DNA of 64,000 nucleotides from Escherichia coli O127:H6 str. E2348/69 (GTDB lineage Bacteria; Pseudomonadota; Gammaproteobacteria; Enterobacterales; Enterobacteriaceae): NCBI RefSeq assembly GCF_000026545.1, contig NC_011601.1; one strand, 5' to 3'. Shown piece by piece: positions 1 to 12,874 of this stretch (position 1 is its first letter; each line of letters starts with the position of its first letter). The notes under the pieces were generated by a model. It saw only the letters and a program-made list of their open reading frames with translations, ran no database searches and was not told where the DNA came from. The position numbers and the translations under genes were made by a program.

Positions 1-1
1 G

Positions 2-3535
<3,534 letters not shown>

Positions 3536-3706
3536 TTAAAATCTCTGTTAAAGATGTATAACCCGGCATCTATGTGCTCACCAGCATATAGATGCAATGT
3601 GATTCCCCTGATGGTCGTATCAGAGATGGTATGCGAGCCTGTACATAGATTTGTGTAATTGCCTGATTTTGATATGTTCAATCCAACATCAAAAGCAGGT
3701 TAATTT

Positions 3707-4102
3707 ATGGACGAAAAACAGTTGCAGGCTCTGGCTAACGAACTGGCCAAAAATCTCAAAACCCCTGAAGATCTCAGCCAGTTCGATCGCCTGCTGAAGA
3801 AAATCAGCGTTGAGGCAGCTCTCAACGCTGAAATGTCCCACCATCTGGGCTACGATAAAAACCAGCCTAAACCGGGTGCCAACTCCCGCAATGGCTATTC
3901 CACAAAGACCGTTATCATCGGTGATGGCCCCCTGGAACTACGCACTCCGCGCGATCGTGATGGCTCTTTTGAACCGCAACTTGTGAAGAAAAACCAGACC
4001 CGGATCACCGGGATGGATAACCAGATCCTGTCGTTGTACGCCAAAGGCCTGACAACCGTAAGCGTACAGCCTGAACCGTCTGGTCAGAATCTGACGAATT
4101 AG
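3707..4102 (+). pseudogene. IS256-family (mutator-type) transposase, N-terminal 131-codon fragment
   Basis: Translation MDEKQLQALANELAKNLKTPEDLSQFDRLLKKISVEAALNAEMSHHLGYDKN... matches the conserved N-terminus of IS256-family transposases; the ORF stops at 4100-4102 immediately before the IS66 terminus at 4104 (full-length proteins are about 400 aa). Confidence 0.6.
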
Positions 4103-4188
4103 AGTAAGCGTAAACCGACCGCCGTATGTAGCCATTAGACAAGAATTGGTAACTTAGACGCCCATCTGACACAGACGGACATCTAAGT

Positions 4189-4614
4189 ATGGAATTACAG
4201 GACTGGCGAAAAGAACCTCGTAAAAAGTATTCGAATGAATTCAAACTTCGTATGGTTGAACTGGCATCACAACCTGGAGCTTGTGTTACACAGATTGCAC
4301 GAGAAAATGGCGTCAATGATAATGTTATTTTCAAATGGCTCAGGCTCTGGCAGAACGAAGGGCATGTTTCGCGGCGTCTTCCGGTAACAACCTCTTCTGA
4401 CACTGGCGTTGAATTATTACCTGTAGAAATAACGCCGGATGAGCAGAAAGAACCTGTGGCGGCCATTGCGCCGTCTTTATCCACTTCCACTCAGACCAGA
4501 GTCAGTGCCAGTTCCTGCAAGGTGGAATTCCGTCACGGTAACATGACGCTGGAAAATCCATCGCCAGAGCTGCTCACGATGTTAATCCGCGAACTGAGCG
4601 GGAGGGGAAGATGA
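4189..4614 (+). CDS. tnpA: IS66-family accessory protein TnpA (Orf1)
   Basis: 141-aa ORF, first of the IS66 triplet; stop overlaps the tnpB start (ATGA). Confidence 0.7.
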   Translation: MELQDWRKEPRKKYSNEFKLRMVELASQPGACVTQIARENGVNDNVIFKWLRLWQNEGHVSRRLPVTTSSDTGVELLPVEITPDEQKEPVAAIAPSLSTSTQTRVSASSCKVEFRHGNMTLENPSPELLTMLIRELSGRGR

Positions 4615-4961
4615 TTTCACTCCCATCAGGTACCCGTATCTGGCTCGTTGCCGGCGTTACCGATATGTGTAAATCCTTCAACGGACTGGGAGAACAGGTA
4701 CAACATGTGCTGAATGATAATCCCTTCTCCGGTCACCTGTTTATCTTCCGTGGCCGACGGGGGGACACCGTTAAAATTCTTTGGGCTGATGCTGATGGTC
4801 TGTGCCTGTTCACCAAACGCCTGGAGGAAGGCCAGTTTATCTGGCCTGCGGTGCGTGACGGTAAGGTATCCATTACCCGCTCGCAACTGGCAATGCTCCT
4901 CGATAAGCTGGACTGGCGTCAGCCAAAAACATCCCGCCTTAACGCCCTGACAATGTTGTAA
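4611..4961 (+). CDS. tnpB: IS66-family TnpB (Orf2)
   Basis: 116-aa ORF, translationally coupled to tnpA; size and position typical of IS66 Orf2. Confidence 0.7.
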   Translation: MISLPSGTRIWLVAGVTDMCKSFNGLGEQVQHVLNDNPFSGHLFIFRGRRGDTVKILWADADGLCLFTKRLEEGQFIWPAVRDGKVSITRSQLAMLLDKLDWRQPKTSRLNALTML

Positions 4962-4991
4962 AAAACACCTGGCCGCATTATAAAAACGGCC

Positions 4992-6577
4992 ATGAGTCAG
5001 AAATACCTCATTCGCATTGCAGAACTGGAAAGCCAGCTCCGTCAGAAAGACCAGCAACTGAGTCTGGTTGAAGAGACGGAGGCCTTCCTGCACTGGCACG
5101 TGCCGAAGAAAAGATCGAAGAAGATGAACGGGAAATAGAACATCTGCGGGCTCAGATAGAAAAACTGCGCCGGATGCTGTTCGGTACCCGTTCTGAAAAA
5201 CTGCGTCGTGAAGTTGAACAGGCTGAGGCCCTGCTGAAACAACGCGAACAGGACAGCGATCGTTACAGTGGGCGGGAAGACGATCCACAGGTTCCCCGCC
5301 AGTTGCGACAGTCGCGCCATCGTCGTCCGTTACCGGCACACCTTCCCCGTGAAATACAGCGTCTGGAATCTGAAGAAAGCTGTTGCCCGGAGTGTGGCGG
5401 TGAGCTGGATTATCTGGGGGAAGTCAGTGCAGAACAACTGGAACTGGTGAGCAGCGCCCTGAAAGTGATCCGCACAGAACGGGTAAAAAAAGCGTGTACA
5501 AAATGTGACTGCATCGTTGAAGCACCGGCGCCGTCCCGCCCGATAGAGCGTGGTATCGCGGGCCCCGGATTACTTGCCCGCGTGTTAACGGGAAAATACT
5601 GCGAACACCTGCCACTGTATCGTCAGAGTGAAATCTTTGCCCGACAGGGTGTCGAACTGAGCCGTGCATTACTCTCCAACTGGGTTGACGCGTGCTGCCA
5701 GTTAATGACGCCGCTGAATGATGCCCTGTACCGTTATGTGATGAATACCCGCAAGCTTCACACTGACGACACACCGGTAAAGGTACTGGCACCGGGCCTG
5801 AAAAAGACGAAAACAGAGCGCATCTGGACGTATGTCCGAGATGATCGCAATGCGGGTTCGTCATCTCCTCCGGCGGTCTGGTTCGCGTACTCACCGAACC
5901 GGCAGGGGAAACACCCGGAGCAACACCTCCGCCCCTTCCGGGGTATCCTGCAGGCGGATGCGTTCACAGGTTATGACAGGCTGTTCAGTGCAGAACGTGA
6001 AGGTGGTGCGCTGACAGAAGTTGCGTGCTGGGCCCATGCCCGGAGAAAAATCCACGATGTATACATCAGCAGCAAAAGTGCGACGGCAGAAGAAGCCCTG
6101 AAGCGAATCAGTGAACTGTACGCCATCGAGGATGAAATACGGGGATTACCAGAGTCAGAGCGTCTTGCAGTCAGACAGCAGCGAAGCAAAGCGTTACTGA
6201 CGTCGCTGCATGAATGGATGATGGAGAAGAATGGCACGCTGTCGAAAAAATCCAGACTGGGCGAAGCGTTCAGCTATGTACTGAATCAGTGGGACGCCCT
6301 CTGTTATTACAGTGATGACGGACTGGCGGAGACGGACAATAACACAGCGGAAAGAGCGCTTCGTGCAGTTTGTCTTGGAAAGAAAAATTACGTGTTCTTC
6401 GGTAGCGATCACGGCGGCGAGCGTGGTGCACTGCTATACGGGCTGATCGGCACCTGCCGTCTGAACGGTATCGATCCGGAAGCGTATCTGCGCCATATTC
6501 TGAGCGTACTGCCGGAATGGCCCTCCAACCGGGTTGATGAACTCCTGCCATGGAACGTAGTACTCACCAATAAATAA
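4992..6577 (+). pseudogene. tnpC: IS66-family transposase TnpC, disrupted by a frameshift near 5085-5100
   Basis: ATG at 4992 opens MSQKYLIRIAELESQLRQKDQQLSLVEETEAF... which hits TAG at 5136-5138, while the large 467-aa ORF (CxxC zinc finger, DDE-type body) continues in another frame that is open from 5072. Two overlapping sense frames indicate a small indel. Confidence 0.55.
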
Positions 6578-6607
6578 GCGTCAATACGGTGCTCCGTTGA
6601 CGCTTAC

Positions 6608-6854
6608 CTTCTTTCATTCGCTGAAGGTGGAATGTATCCACGGGGAACGCTTTAGCAGCCGGGAAATAATGCGGGAAACGGTGTTTAATTATATCGAGTG
6701 TGATTACAATCGCTGGCGTCGTCACAGTGCCTGTGGCGGTCTCAGCCCGGACTGTCTTGCACTGCAAATATTCAGAAATGAGTCTATGCAGTTCACCAGT
6801 AAAATCAGCCATCAGAGAGGGAATGGCCTTATTAATGCCCTGCCCTGGTATTAA
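6608..6854 (+). pseudogene. IS3-family transposase OrfB, C-terminal remnant
   Basis: Translation ...[40 protein letters not shown]... resembles the C-terminus of IS3-family integrase-core OrfB; it begins abruptly at the IS66 right end with no upstream OrfA or catalytic core. Confidence 0.45.
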
Positions 6855-6912
6855 TGTGTAAGTTCACAGAGATATTGCAATTGCCTCCGGATAAGTAAGG
6901 GGAGATTGCACT

Positions 6913-7959
6913 ATGCAAATGCAGCATCTGATGGTTGGCTATCCTAAGTACTACCAAACGGCCGATTATGCGTTGAGGCTTTCAGTGATGGCTGATATAG
7001 CAACAATGAGAATGAAGGCTCTGCACTTCTGGGATAAACACGGTATTTCTGCAGCTTCTGAAGCCTTTGGCGTGTCCTGCCGCACGCTTTACTGGTGGCG
7101 TCAGTTACTGAACAAGGAAGGACCTGAGGGGCTAATCCCGCACAGTAAGGCACCTCTGGTGCGACGAAAAAAACACTGGCATCCCGATGTGCTGAAAGAG
7201 ATTCGACGCCTCAGGACAGAGCTGCCGAACCTCGGTAAAGAGCAGATTTTTGTTCGCCTGAAGCCCTGGTGCGAACAGCGCTATCTGGCCTGTCCGAGTG
7301 TTTCCACCATCGGCAGAATGATCGCTGCCGCACATGATAAAATGCGGATGATACCTGTGCGTCTGGGATCGCGGGGGAAGGCACTGCTTGTCAAAAAGCG
7401 GTCTGCCAAACCCCGCAGGCCAAAGCACTACCGCCCGGTAAAGACAGGTGAGCTCATTGGGATGGACGCCATTGAGCTCAGAATGGGCGAACTGCGTCGC
7501 TATGTCATCACCATGATCGACGAATGCAGCAATTACGCGCTGGCGCTGGCTGTGCCGTCACTCAACAGTGATATCGTCAATCACTTCTTCAGCCGCGCAG
7601 CCCGGTTGTTCCCGATCGGTATCAGCCAGATAATCACAGATAACGGAAAAGAGTTCCTGGGAAACTTCGACAAAACGCTGCAGGAAGCCGCTATCAAACA
7701 CCTCTGGACCTATCCCTACACGCCAAAAATGAACGCTATCTGTGAACGTTTTAACCGGACGTTAAGAGAGCAGTTTATTGAATTTAATGAGATTTTACTC
7801 TTTGAAGATCTGGCGCTATTTAACCAGAAGCTGGCGGAATATCTGGTGCTGTATAACAGCAAAAGACCCCACAAGGCGCTCGCACTAATGACGCCCGTGG
7901 AATATATTTTAAAAGAGAATAAAAATTGCAATATGTGGTGGACCCATACAGGGTCTTGA
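6913..7959 (+). CDS. DDE integrase-core (rve) transposase, single-ORF IS481-like
   Basis: 348-aa ORF with an N-terminal HTH-like region and an integrase core (GMDAIEL ... ITDNGKEF ... CERFNRTL, a D-D-E arrangement); true start may be an internal ATG. Confidence 0.5.
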   Translation: MQMQHLMVGYPKYYQTADYALRLSVMADIATMRMKALHFWDKHGISAASEAFGVSCRTLYWWRQLLNKEGPEGLIPHSKAPLVRRKKHWHPDVLKEIRRLRTELPNLGKEQIFVRLKPWCEQRYLACPSVSTIGRMIAAAHDKMRMIPVRLGSRGKALLVKKRSAKPRRPKHYRPVKTGELIGMDAIELRMGELRRYVITMIDECSNYALALAVPSLNSDIVNHFFSRAARLFPIGISQIITDNGKEFLGNFDKTLQEAAIKHLWTYPYTPKMNAICERFNRTLREQFIEFNEILLFEDLALFNQKLAEYLVLYNSKRPHKALALMTPVEYILKENKNCNMWWTHTGS

Positions 7960-8017
7960 CAATTTTGGCAAAACAGATTTATGATGGAATTCAACTTACT
8001 AGATAACTGAAAGTTCT

Positions 8018-8032
8018 CGAGTCCGGGCACCA
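8018..8032 (+). repeat. 15-nt direct repeat of the tRNA-Phe (pheV) 3' end; probable island attR junction
   Basis: CGAGTCCGGGCACCA is identical to the last 15 nt of E. coli tRNA-Phe including CCA. The rest of the tRNA is absent here, and an intrinsic terminator follows, as expected downstream of pheV. Confidence 0.6.
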
Positions 8033-8043
8033 CTATTCTAAAG

Positions 8044-8072
8044 AACCCGCCCACAAGGCGGGTTTTTGCTTT
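8044..8072 (+). terminator. Rho-independent terminator (native pheV terminator)
   Basis: Stem AACCCGCC (8044-8051) / GGCGGGTT (8057-8064), 5-nt loop, followed by a T-run 8063-8067. Confidence 0.55.
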
Positions 8073-8123
8073 TGGATCTGACAATAACCTTCACGAAAAA
8101 ACTTAGCTTATAAGGGCTGGAGG

Positions 8124-8154
8124 AATTACTCTCGCCACGTTAACGAGAGTAATT
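8124..8154. terminator. 11-bp perfect stem-loop just downstream of gspM; possible operon terminator
   Basis: AATTACTCTCG (8124-8134) / CGAGAGTAATT (8144-8154) with a 9-nt loop; T-rich only on the plus-strand side, so orientation is ambiguous. Confidence 0.35.
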
Positions 8155-8163
8155 TTATTGATA

Positions 8164-8715
8164 TTAATCTCCTGATACTTTACCCCGCCCAAACTCCAGC
8201 CGCTGCACATTCACCATCCCAGGCTTCTCACCTGCGCTGACATCAATTTGTGTCACTCGCAGCGCATATTTTTCATCCAGCGCGTTTAACCAGTTCAGCA
8301 GGTCATTAAACACCACAGGTTCTATCCAGACTTGAATATTCTCCCCACGCTCGGCAATCCGTTTGATGACCACCGAGTGCGCGGAAGCGCTGTCACTGAT
8401 GACCCGCGATACCTGTGCTGGCGTTGTCGTGGCGGATTTTCGCGCCGCAATAATATCCGGCGCGGCGCTCTTCAGTCGCGCGTTCATCGCCACGAGCTGC
8501 TGCAACATCGTCTCCTGTTGCTCAATCCGTTCGCTCAACGGCTGCCAGATGAGAACGTAATATCCGGCGCTAAACAGGAACACTACCGCTGCCAGTAACA
8601 TGCCTTTTTCACGCGGAGAACGCCCCGCCAGGTGTTGTGTCAGCCAGTGTTCGCCACGGCTTAACTGGCGTTCACGCCATTGCTGAAAATAGTGAATAAA
8701 TTTATCGCGTAACAT
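8164..8715 (-). CDS. gspM: Type II secretion system protein M
   Basis: 183-aa ORF with a single N-terminal TM segment, last gene of the gsp operon; corresponds to K-12 yghD by position. Confidence 0.8.
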   Translation of the reverse strand: MLRDKFIHYFQQWRERQLSRGEHWLTQHLAGRSPREKGMLLAAVVFLFSAGYYVLIWQPLSERIEQQETMLQQLVAMNARLKSAAPDIIAARKSATTTPAQVSRVISDSASAHSVVIKRIAERGENIQVWIEPVVFNDLLNWLNALDEKYALRVTQIDVSAGEKPGMVNVQRLEFGRGKVSGD

Positions 8716-8716
8716 G

Positions 8717-9895
8717 TTATTTCCTCCGCAACGTTACTCCGCCGGAAACCGCATCACCCTCTTTCTGTAACGCGTCCTGTTGCACAACATAATCTGCCGC
8801 CAGTGCGCTACGCAGTTTGTCGAAGCTGGCAAAGTTCGCAGCCCGTAGCTGGAGGTGAAGCGTCTGGCGTTTTTGATCAAAGGTGAAACCACGCATTTCG
8901 ATGTCGGTAAGTGACGCTGATTTCAGGGTACTGGCGATCGCTGACAATTCTGCGAGCAGCCGGGTATCGTCGGCCTGTGGGCGATATTTTTTCAGCGCCA
9001 TCGTCACCTGAGAGCGTAAATTCACAATCCGCTTCTGCTCCGGGAATAGCGTTAAGAACTGTTTCTCCGACTGGGTGCGGCTTTGCGCCACCTGTTCGCT
9101 GACGCTCCATAACGTCACGCCCCGTTCCACTACCAGCGCAACCAGAATCAGCAATATCGGCAGAATCATCACCCGCCAGCGCGCCCACTGTTTTCGGTAG
9201 CTGACACGAGGCTGCCACGGCCCTGTTAGCAGGTTCCCTTCCGGTTCGCCATAAGTGGTAATGGCTGGCAGAGCCGTAACGGTCAGGCGTTCGGCGTCCG
9301 CACCAGCCCATGCAGACAGTTCTTCCGGTGCAATGCCGACCACGGTTAGTGAAAGCGGTATATCCTGCTCATTGAGCTGTGCGCGGAACATGACCGGAGC
9401 CAGCGCCCGCCCGGCGCTCCATCCCCGGCATTCATCGATGCGGCAGATAACCCGTTGCGCATCGCCAGCCATAAACCCACAAGGAATAGACATCCAGTCC
9501 GGCGCGACAGTAGCGCGGGTGATGCCGTTTGCCTGCAACCACTGCGCAATGTTGCGCATATGCTGCTGGTGAATCACAGCTACGGTTGCCAGTTGCTGGT
9601 CGATTTTCAACGGGGCGAAATGCAGTTCATCGATATCCTGGTTCAGCTCTTCTTCCAGCAAGGCGGGCAGAATCGTCGGTATCTGCTTGCGGGGCACATC
9701 AGGCAGTTCAACCTGCCAGACGCTGATCCATTCGCCGGGAATGTAGAGTCGAATCGCATCAGTTTGCAGCCATTGCTGGAGACGTTCGTCAGCAACGTCA
9801 GGCCAGATACCGTGCTCCACGTCGGGTGTATGGCGCTGCCAACGGATGGGATCAGCGGCGCAAAGCGGGAAAAAAATCTCAAGCATGGAACTCAC
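8717..9895 (-). CDS. gspL: Type II secretion system protein L
   Basis: 392-aa ORF between gspK and gspM; start is GTG at 9895 overlapping the gspK stop, or ATG at 9886. Confidence 0.8.
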   Translation of the reverse strand: MSSMLEIFFPLCAADPIRWQRHTPDVEHGIWPDVADERLQQWLQTDAIRLYIPGEWISVWQVELPDVPRKQIPTILPALLEEELNQDIDELHFAPLKIDQQLATVAVIHQQHMRNIAQWLQANGITRATVAPDWMSIPCGFMAGDAQRVICRIDECRGWSAGRALAPVMFRAQLNEQDIPLSLTVVGIAPEELSAWAGADAERLTVTALPAITTYGEPEGNLLTGPWQPRVSYRKQWARWRVMILPILLILVALVVERGVTLWSVSEQVAQSRTQSEKQFLTLFPEQKRIVNLRSQVTMALKKYRPQADDTRLLAELSAIASTLKSASLTDIEMRGFTFDQKRQTLHLQLRAANFASFDKLRSALAADYVVQQDALQKEGDAVSGGVTLRRK

Positions 9896-10869
9896 TCACT
9901 TTCTCCTGTCTGATGCCAGAGAACAGAAAAGTGTTGTGGGCCCATGCGGACAATTAACGAATTCATCGTCAGTTCAATCTCATTCACGGTGATATCTGAA
10001 CGCAGCCAGAAGTAATTGCTGTCCACGCTCAGGATGGTTTTTAGCTGTTTTTTAGTACGCTCATCGACGTCTGCAAGTAGCGGCTGAGCAAGAAACTGAT
10101 CGACATCTTCCCAGCCCTTCGCCGGACGTTGTTGTAATAACGCCCGCGCCTGAACAGGGCTTAACCACGGGTCAAACAGCGCCTCAAGAATCACACTTTG
10201 CGTGACATCTAATGTATTGATGTTGATTTGCTGGCGGGCCATCGGCAGCGCACAGACCAACGGTTTCAGTTTTTGATAAAGCCCGGCGTCCATTCCCTGC
10301 ACCACGCGCATCTCGCTGATATCAGCCAGCGGTTGATTAGCGGCGTAGAACGGCACCGAGCGGGCGAGATACTCGCTGTCTTCACGACCCAGACGCGTCT
10401 GCACGCTGCGGTCTTCGTCAATAAACTCCCACAGGCTTTCGGCTATCAGTTCGGCCCGATAAGCAGGTACATCAAGGCGCGAGATCAGGGCAATCAGTTG
10501 TTGTACCGCGAGCGGACGCGACGCCGTCGTCGGCTGAGCGAGGGCATTCAGGTTAAAGCAGGCCTGTGCGTCACGCAGAGTGACGGCGATTTGCCCCTGC
10601 GGCAGTGGGAAAAAACGCGGGCCAGAAGCCCACGGTTGTGCCAGATGCACACGCTTTTCATTTTTCAGGCTCAGACTGAGTGCGCTCAGCGCCAGGCTTT
10701 CTGCACTGGCGCTGTACCACAGCGCCTGCTGGTACTCCTGCTGGCTGCGCGTTCGCCCAAGTTGCTGCTGCATCCGACTGGAAAGCGTGATGGTCACCAG
10801 CATCATAACCGCCAGCAATACCAGCACCACGACCAGTGCCATTCCGCGTTTTGGTGGTGAGGTGATCAT
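9892..10869 (-). CDS. gspK: Type II secretion minor pseudopilin K
   Basis: 325-aa ORF with a hydrophobic N-terminus (MITSPPKRGMALVVVLVLLAVMMLV); overlaps the gspJ stop (ATGA). Confidence 0.8.
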   Translation of the reverse strand: MITSPPKRGMALVVVLVLLAVMMLVTITLSSRMQQQLGRTRSQQEYQQALWYSASAESLALSALSLSLKNEKRVHLAQPWASGPRFFPLPQGQIAVTLRDAQACFNLNALAQPTTASRPLAVQQLIALISRLDVPAYRAELIAESLWEFIDEDRSVQTRLGREDSEYLARSVPFYAANQPLADISEMRVVQGMDAGLYQKLKPLVCALPMARQQININTLDVTQSVILEALFDPWLSPVQARALLQQRPAKGWEDVDQFLAQPLLADVDERTKKQLKTILSVDSNYFWLRSDITVNEIELTMNSLIVRMGPQHFSVLWHQTGESE

Positions 10870-11471
10870 GATAATTGCGGCCCGCGTAACAACCAGATGC
10901 GTTCAATTTCGCCCCATTGCGGCGAATGCAGGGTTATGCGTACTGCCACAGGAATCGCCTGCACTGATGACCAGCTCTCCTGCCAGCACGTGCCGTCGTG
11001 GAACTGCAAACGGAGCGAATCCGCCGGGATTAATTTTTGCGTTGTTGGCTTCACGCTGCCTGCCGCATCAGTCAGTGGCCAGGCTAACCGTTCGAGATAA
11101 CCACCATGAATGCGGTAACCGACGGTGAGCAGATTACTGCGCGGCAGACGCATCAACGGATTGACCACGCCGCCGCGCACAAAGCGTATTCCTTCACTCT
11201 CAGACGCCAGCACGCCAGCGCCCGCCAGTAACGCTGGTTCACGCTGGCCCTGATCGCCTCTTACCGGACGCGGCATCATTTGTGTCAGATCGTGGTTCAA
11301 AAAACTCATCGTTTGCTGCATGAGGTTTAGTTTTTGATCGTGTCCGGCGACGGCGCTATTCACGCGTGTAACGCCGTTTGTCACCTGCTGCGCCATCAGT
11401 GCCAGTGAGGCAAAAATGGCTATCGCCACCAGCATTTCCAGTAATGTGAAACCAGCGCGAGCCCTTCTCAC
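10866..11471 (-). CDS. gspJ: Type II secretion minor pseudopilin J
   Basis: Prepilin-type N-terminus MRRARAGFTLLEMLVAIAIF. Confidence 0.85.
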   Translation of the reverse strand: MRRARAGFTLLEMLVAIAIFASLALMAQQVTNGVTRVNSAVAGHDQKLNLMQQTMSFLNHDLTQMMPRPVRGDQGQREPALLAGAGVLASESEGIRFVRGGVVNPLMRLPRSNLLTVGYRIHGGYLERLAWPLTDAAGSVKPTTQKLIPADSLRLQFHDGTCWQESWSSVQAIPVAVRITLHSPQWGEIERIWLLRGPQLS

Positions 11472-11839
11472 TGTTGGCCTCCCACGGCGCTAAACCAGGC
11501 GCGTCGTGACTGAATCACTGGCGAAAAGTCGTCATGAAGACTGACTTCAATATCCACCGCCTGGAGCAGCACGTTACCGGTATTCAGAGGGATCGTTCGC
11601 CAGTACCAGCGGCTTCCTGCCATATCACTCTCGCCCTGGTGCCTGACCGCTCGTTGTTCACGGGTCATCAGGTAAAGCAGCGCAGTCTGGTTTTCAGCTA
11701 CCCAGCCCGCTACCGTTTTCTCCTCAAGGATTTGCTGATTACTCAGCGCACCGCTGGCAATCTGTAACACCGCCGTGGCAGCCAGCGCAAAAATCGCCAG
11801 CGCGAGTATTACTTCCAGCAAGGTAAATCCACGCTTCAT
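11468..11839 (-). CDS. gspI: Type II secretion minor pseudopilin I
   Basis: Prepilin-type N-terminus MKRGFTLLEVILALAIF. Confidence 0.85.
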   Translation of the reverse strand: MKRGFTLLEVILALAIFALAATAVLQIASGALSNQQILEEKTVAGWVAENQTALLYLMTREQRAVRHQGESDMAGSRWYWRTIPLNTGNVLLQAVDIEVSLHDDFSPVIQSRRAWFSAVGGQQ

Positions 11840-12399
11840 GGCATCCCCTCATCACATTGATTGAGAGATAACGCGCCATCGTGCGCCAGCTTTACCGCCC
11901 AACACGCGTTTTGTGCCGACGAGTAAAAACGTAGTGTAAACGGCGTGACAGGTTCAAAAGGCGAAAAACGGATCTGCGGTGTCTTCTTTTTCGCCTCTTT
12001 TTGCAGCTCCAGTTCAATATCGTGCAGCGTCAGGCGACGACGCTGCAGCTCCAGCGCATACTCCTTCTGCCAGATATCACTGCCGGGTTGTAACAGCATC
12101 TGCACCTGTTTTGGCACCGTAACCTGTGCCGATAACCGGGTCGCAGAAACGGGCAACCATTGCCCGTGACGACGCTGCATAAACTGGTAACCTGGCGGGT
12201 CGATTAGCACACCGAGTGTTTGCCCTTCGATCACTGCCCTGTCCTTAAACTGCGCAAAGCGAGTCAGAAAATCCTGCGCCGCTTTTTTCGCAGGCGGCTC
12301 TGAAGCGGTCGCAAACGTCTGTACCACGCCCGCACTGGCAAGGCCGATAAGGAAAATCACCAGCATGATTTCCAGAAGTGTGAATCCGCGTTCAGGCAC
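11836..12399 (-). CDS. gspH: Type II secretion minor pseudopilin H
   Basis: Prepilin-type N-terminus MPERGFTLLEIMLVIFLIGL. Confidence 0.85.
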   Translation of the reverse strand: MPERGFTLLEIMLVIFLIGLASAGVVQTFATASEPPAKKAAQDFLTRFAQFKDRAVIEGQTLGVLIDPPGYQFMQRRHGQWLPVSATRLSAQVTVPKQVQMLLQPGSDIWQKEYALELQRRRLTLHDIELELQKEAKKKTPQIRFSPFEPVTPFTLRFYSSAQNACWAVKLAHDGALSLNQCDEGMP

Positions 12400-12402
12400 T
12401 GA

Positions 12403-12858
12403 TTACTGAAACTCCTGCAAATTCCAGTTACCGATATCTGCGCCAGCGCCCTCCCCGTTTTCCTGACCATCTGCCCCCAGGGTATAAACATCAAACAGCC
12501 CTTTTTCACCCGGGCTGAGATACTGATAATCATTGCCCCACGGATCCTTTGGCAGTCGTTTGATGTATCCACCGGTACGGTAGTTGCGGGCGTCCGCCAT
12601 ATTGGCCGGTTGCTGGATCAGCGCCTCAAGCCCCTGCTCGGTGGTTGGATAACGCCCGTTATCCAGTCGGTACATGTCCAGCGCGTTTTCCAGCGCCACG
12701 ATATCGCTGATGGCTTTTTGCCGATCGGCTTTCTCTTTGTTGCCCAGCAGGTTAGGCACCACCAGACTTGCCAGGACGCCAAGAATAACAATCACCACCA
12801 TCACTTCCAGCAGGGTAAAACCTGCCCGTGGTTTTTGTGTGCGGGATAACGAATTCAT
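12403..12858 (-). CDS. gspG: Type II secretion major pseudopilin G
   Basis: MNSLSRTQKPRAGFTLLEVMVVIVILGVLA prepilin leader with G-F-T-L-L-E cleavage motif. ATG at 12858 has a GGAG 8 nt upstream; the track's TTG at 12885 is probably not the start. Confidence 0.9.
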   Translation of the reverse strand: MNSLSRTQKPRAGFTLLEVMVVIVILGVLASLVVPNLLGNKEKADRQKAISDIVALENALDMYRLDNGRYPTTEQGLEALIQQPANMADARNYRTGGYIKRLPKDPWGNDYQYLSPGEKGLFDVYTLGADGQENGEGAGADIGNWNLQEFQ

Positions 12859-12874
12859 GTGATAACTCCGTAAA

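Larger units (their letters stand above)
4104..6607 (+). mobile_element. IS66-family insertion sequence (about 2.5 kb) with tnpA, tnpB and a frameshifted tnpC
   Basis: Termini GTAAGCG (4104-4110) and CGCTTAC (6601-6607) form imperfect inverted repeats typical of IS66-family ends; three-gene tnpA/tnpB/tnpC organisation inside. Flanks do not show an obvious 8-bp target duplication. Confidence 0.65.

Noticed and set aside
4626-5339. 237-aa minus-strand ORF inside the IS66 element
   Set aside because: Antisense to tnpB/tnpC with no recognisable domain; IS66 elements are not known to encode a reverse-strand protein.
8014-8032. Possible tRNA gene (pheV)
   Set aside because: Only the last 15 nt of tRNA-Phe are present; the upstream sequence cannot form the acceptor/T-arm, so this is an attachment-site remnant rather than a tRNA gene.
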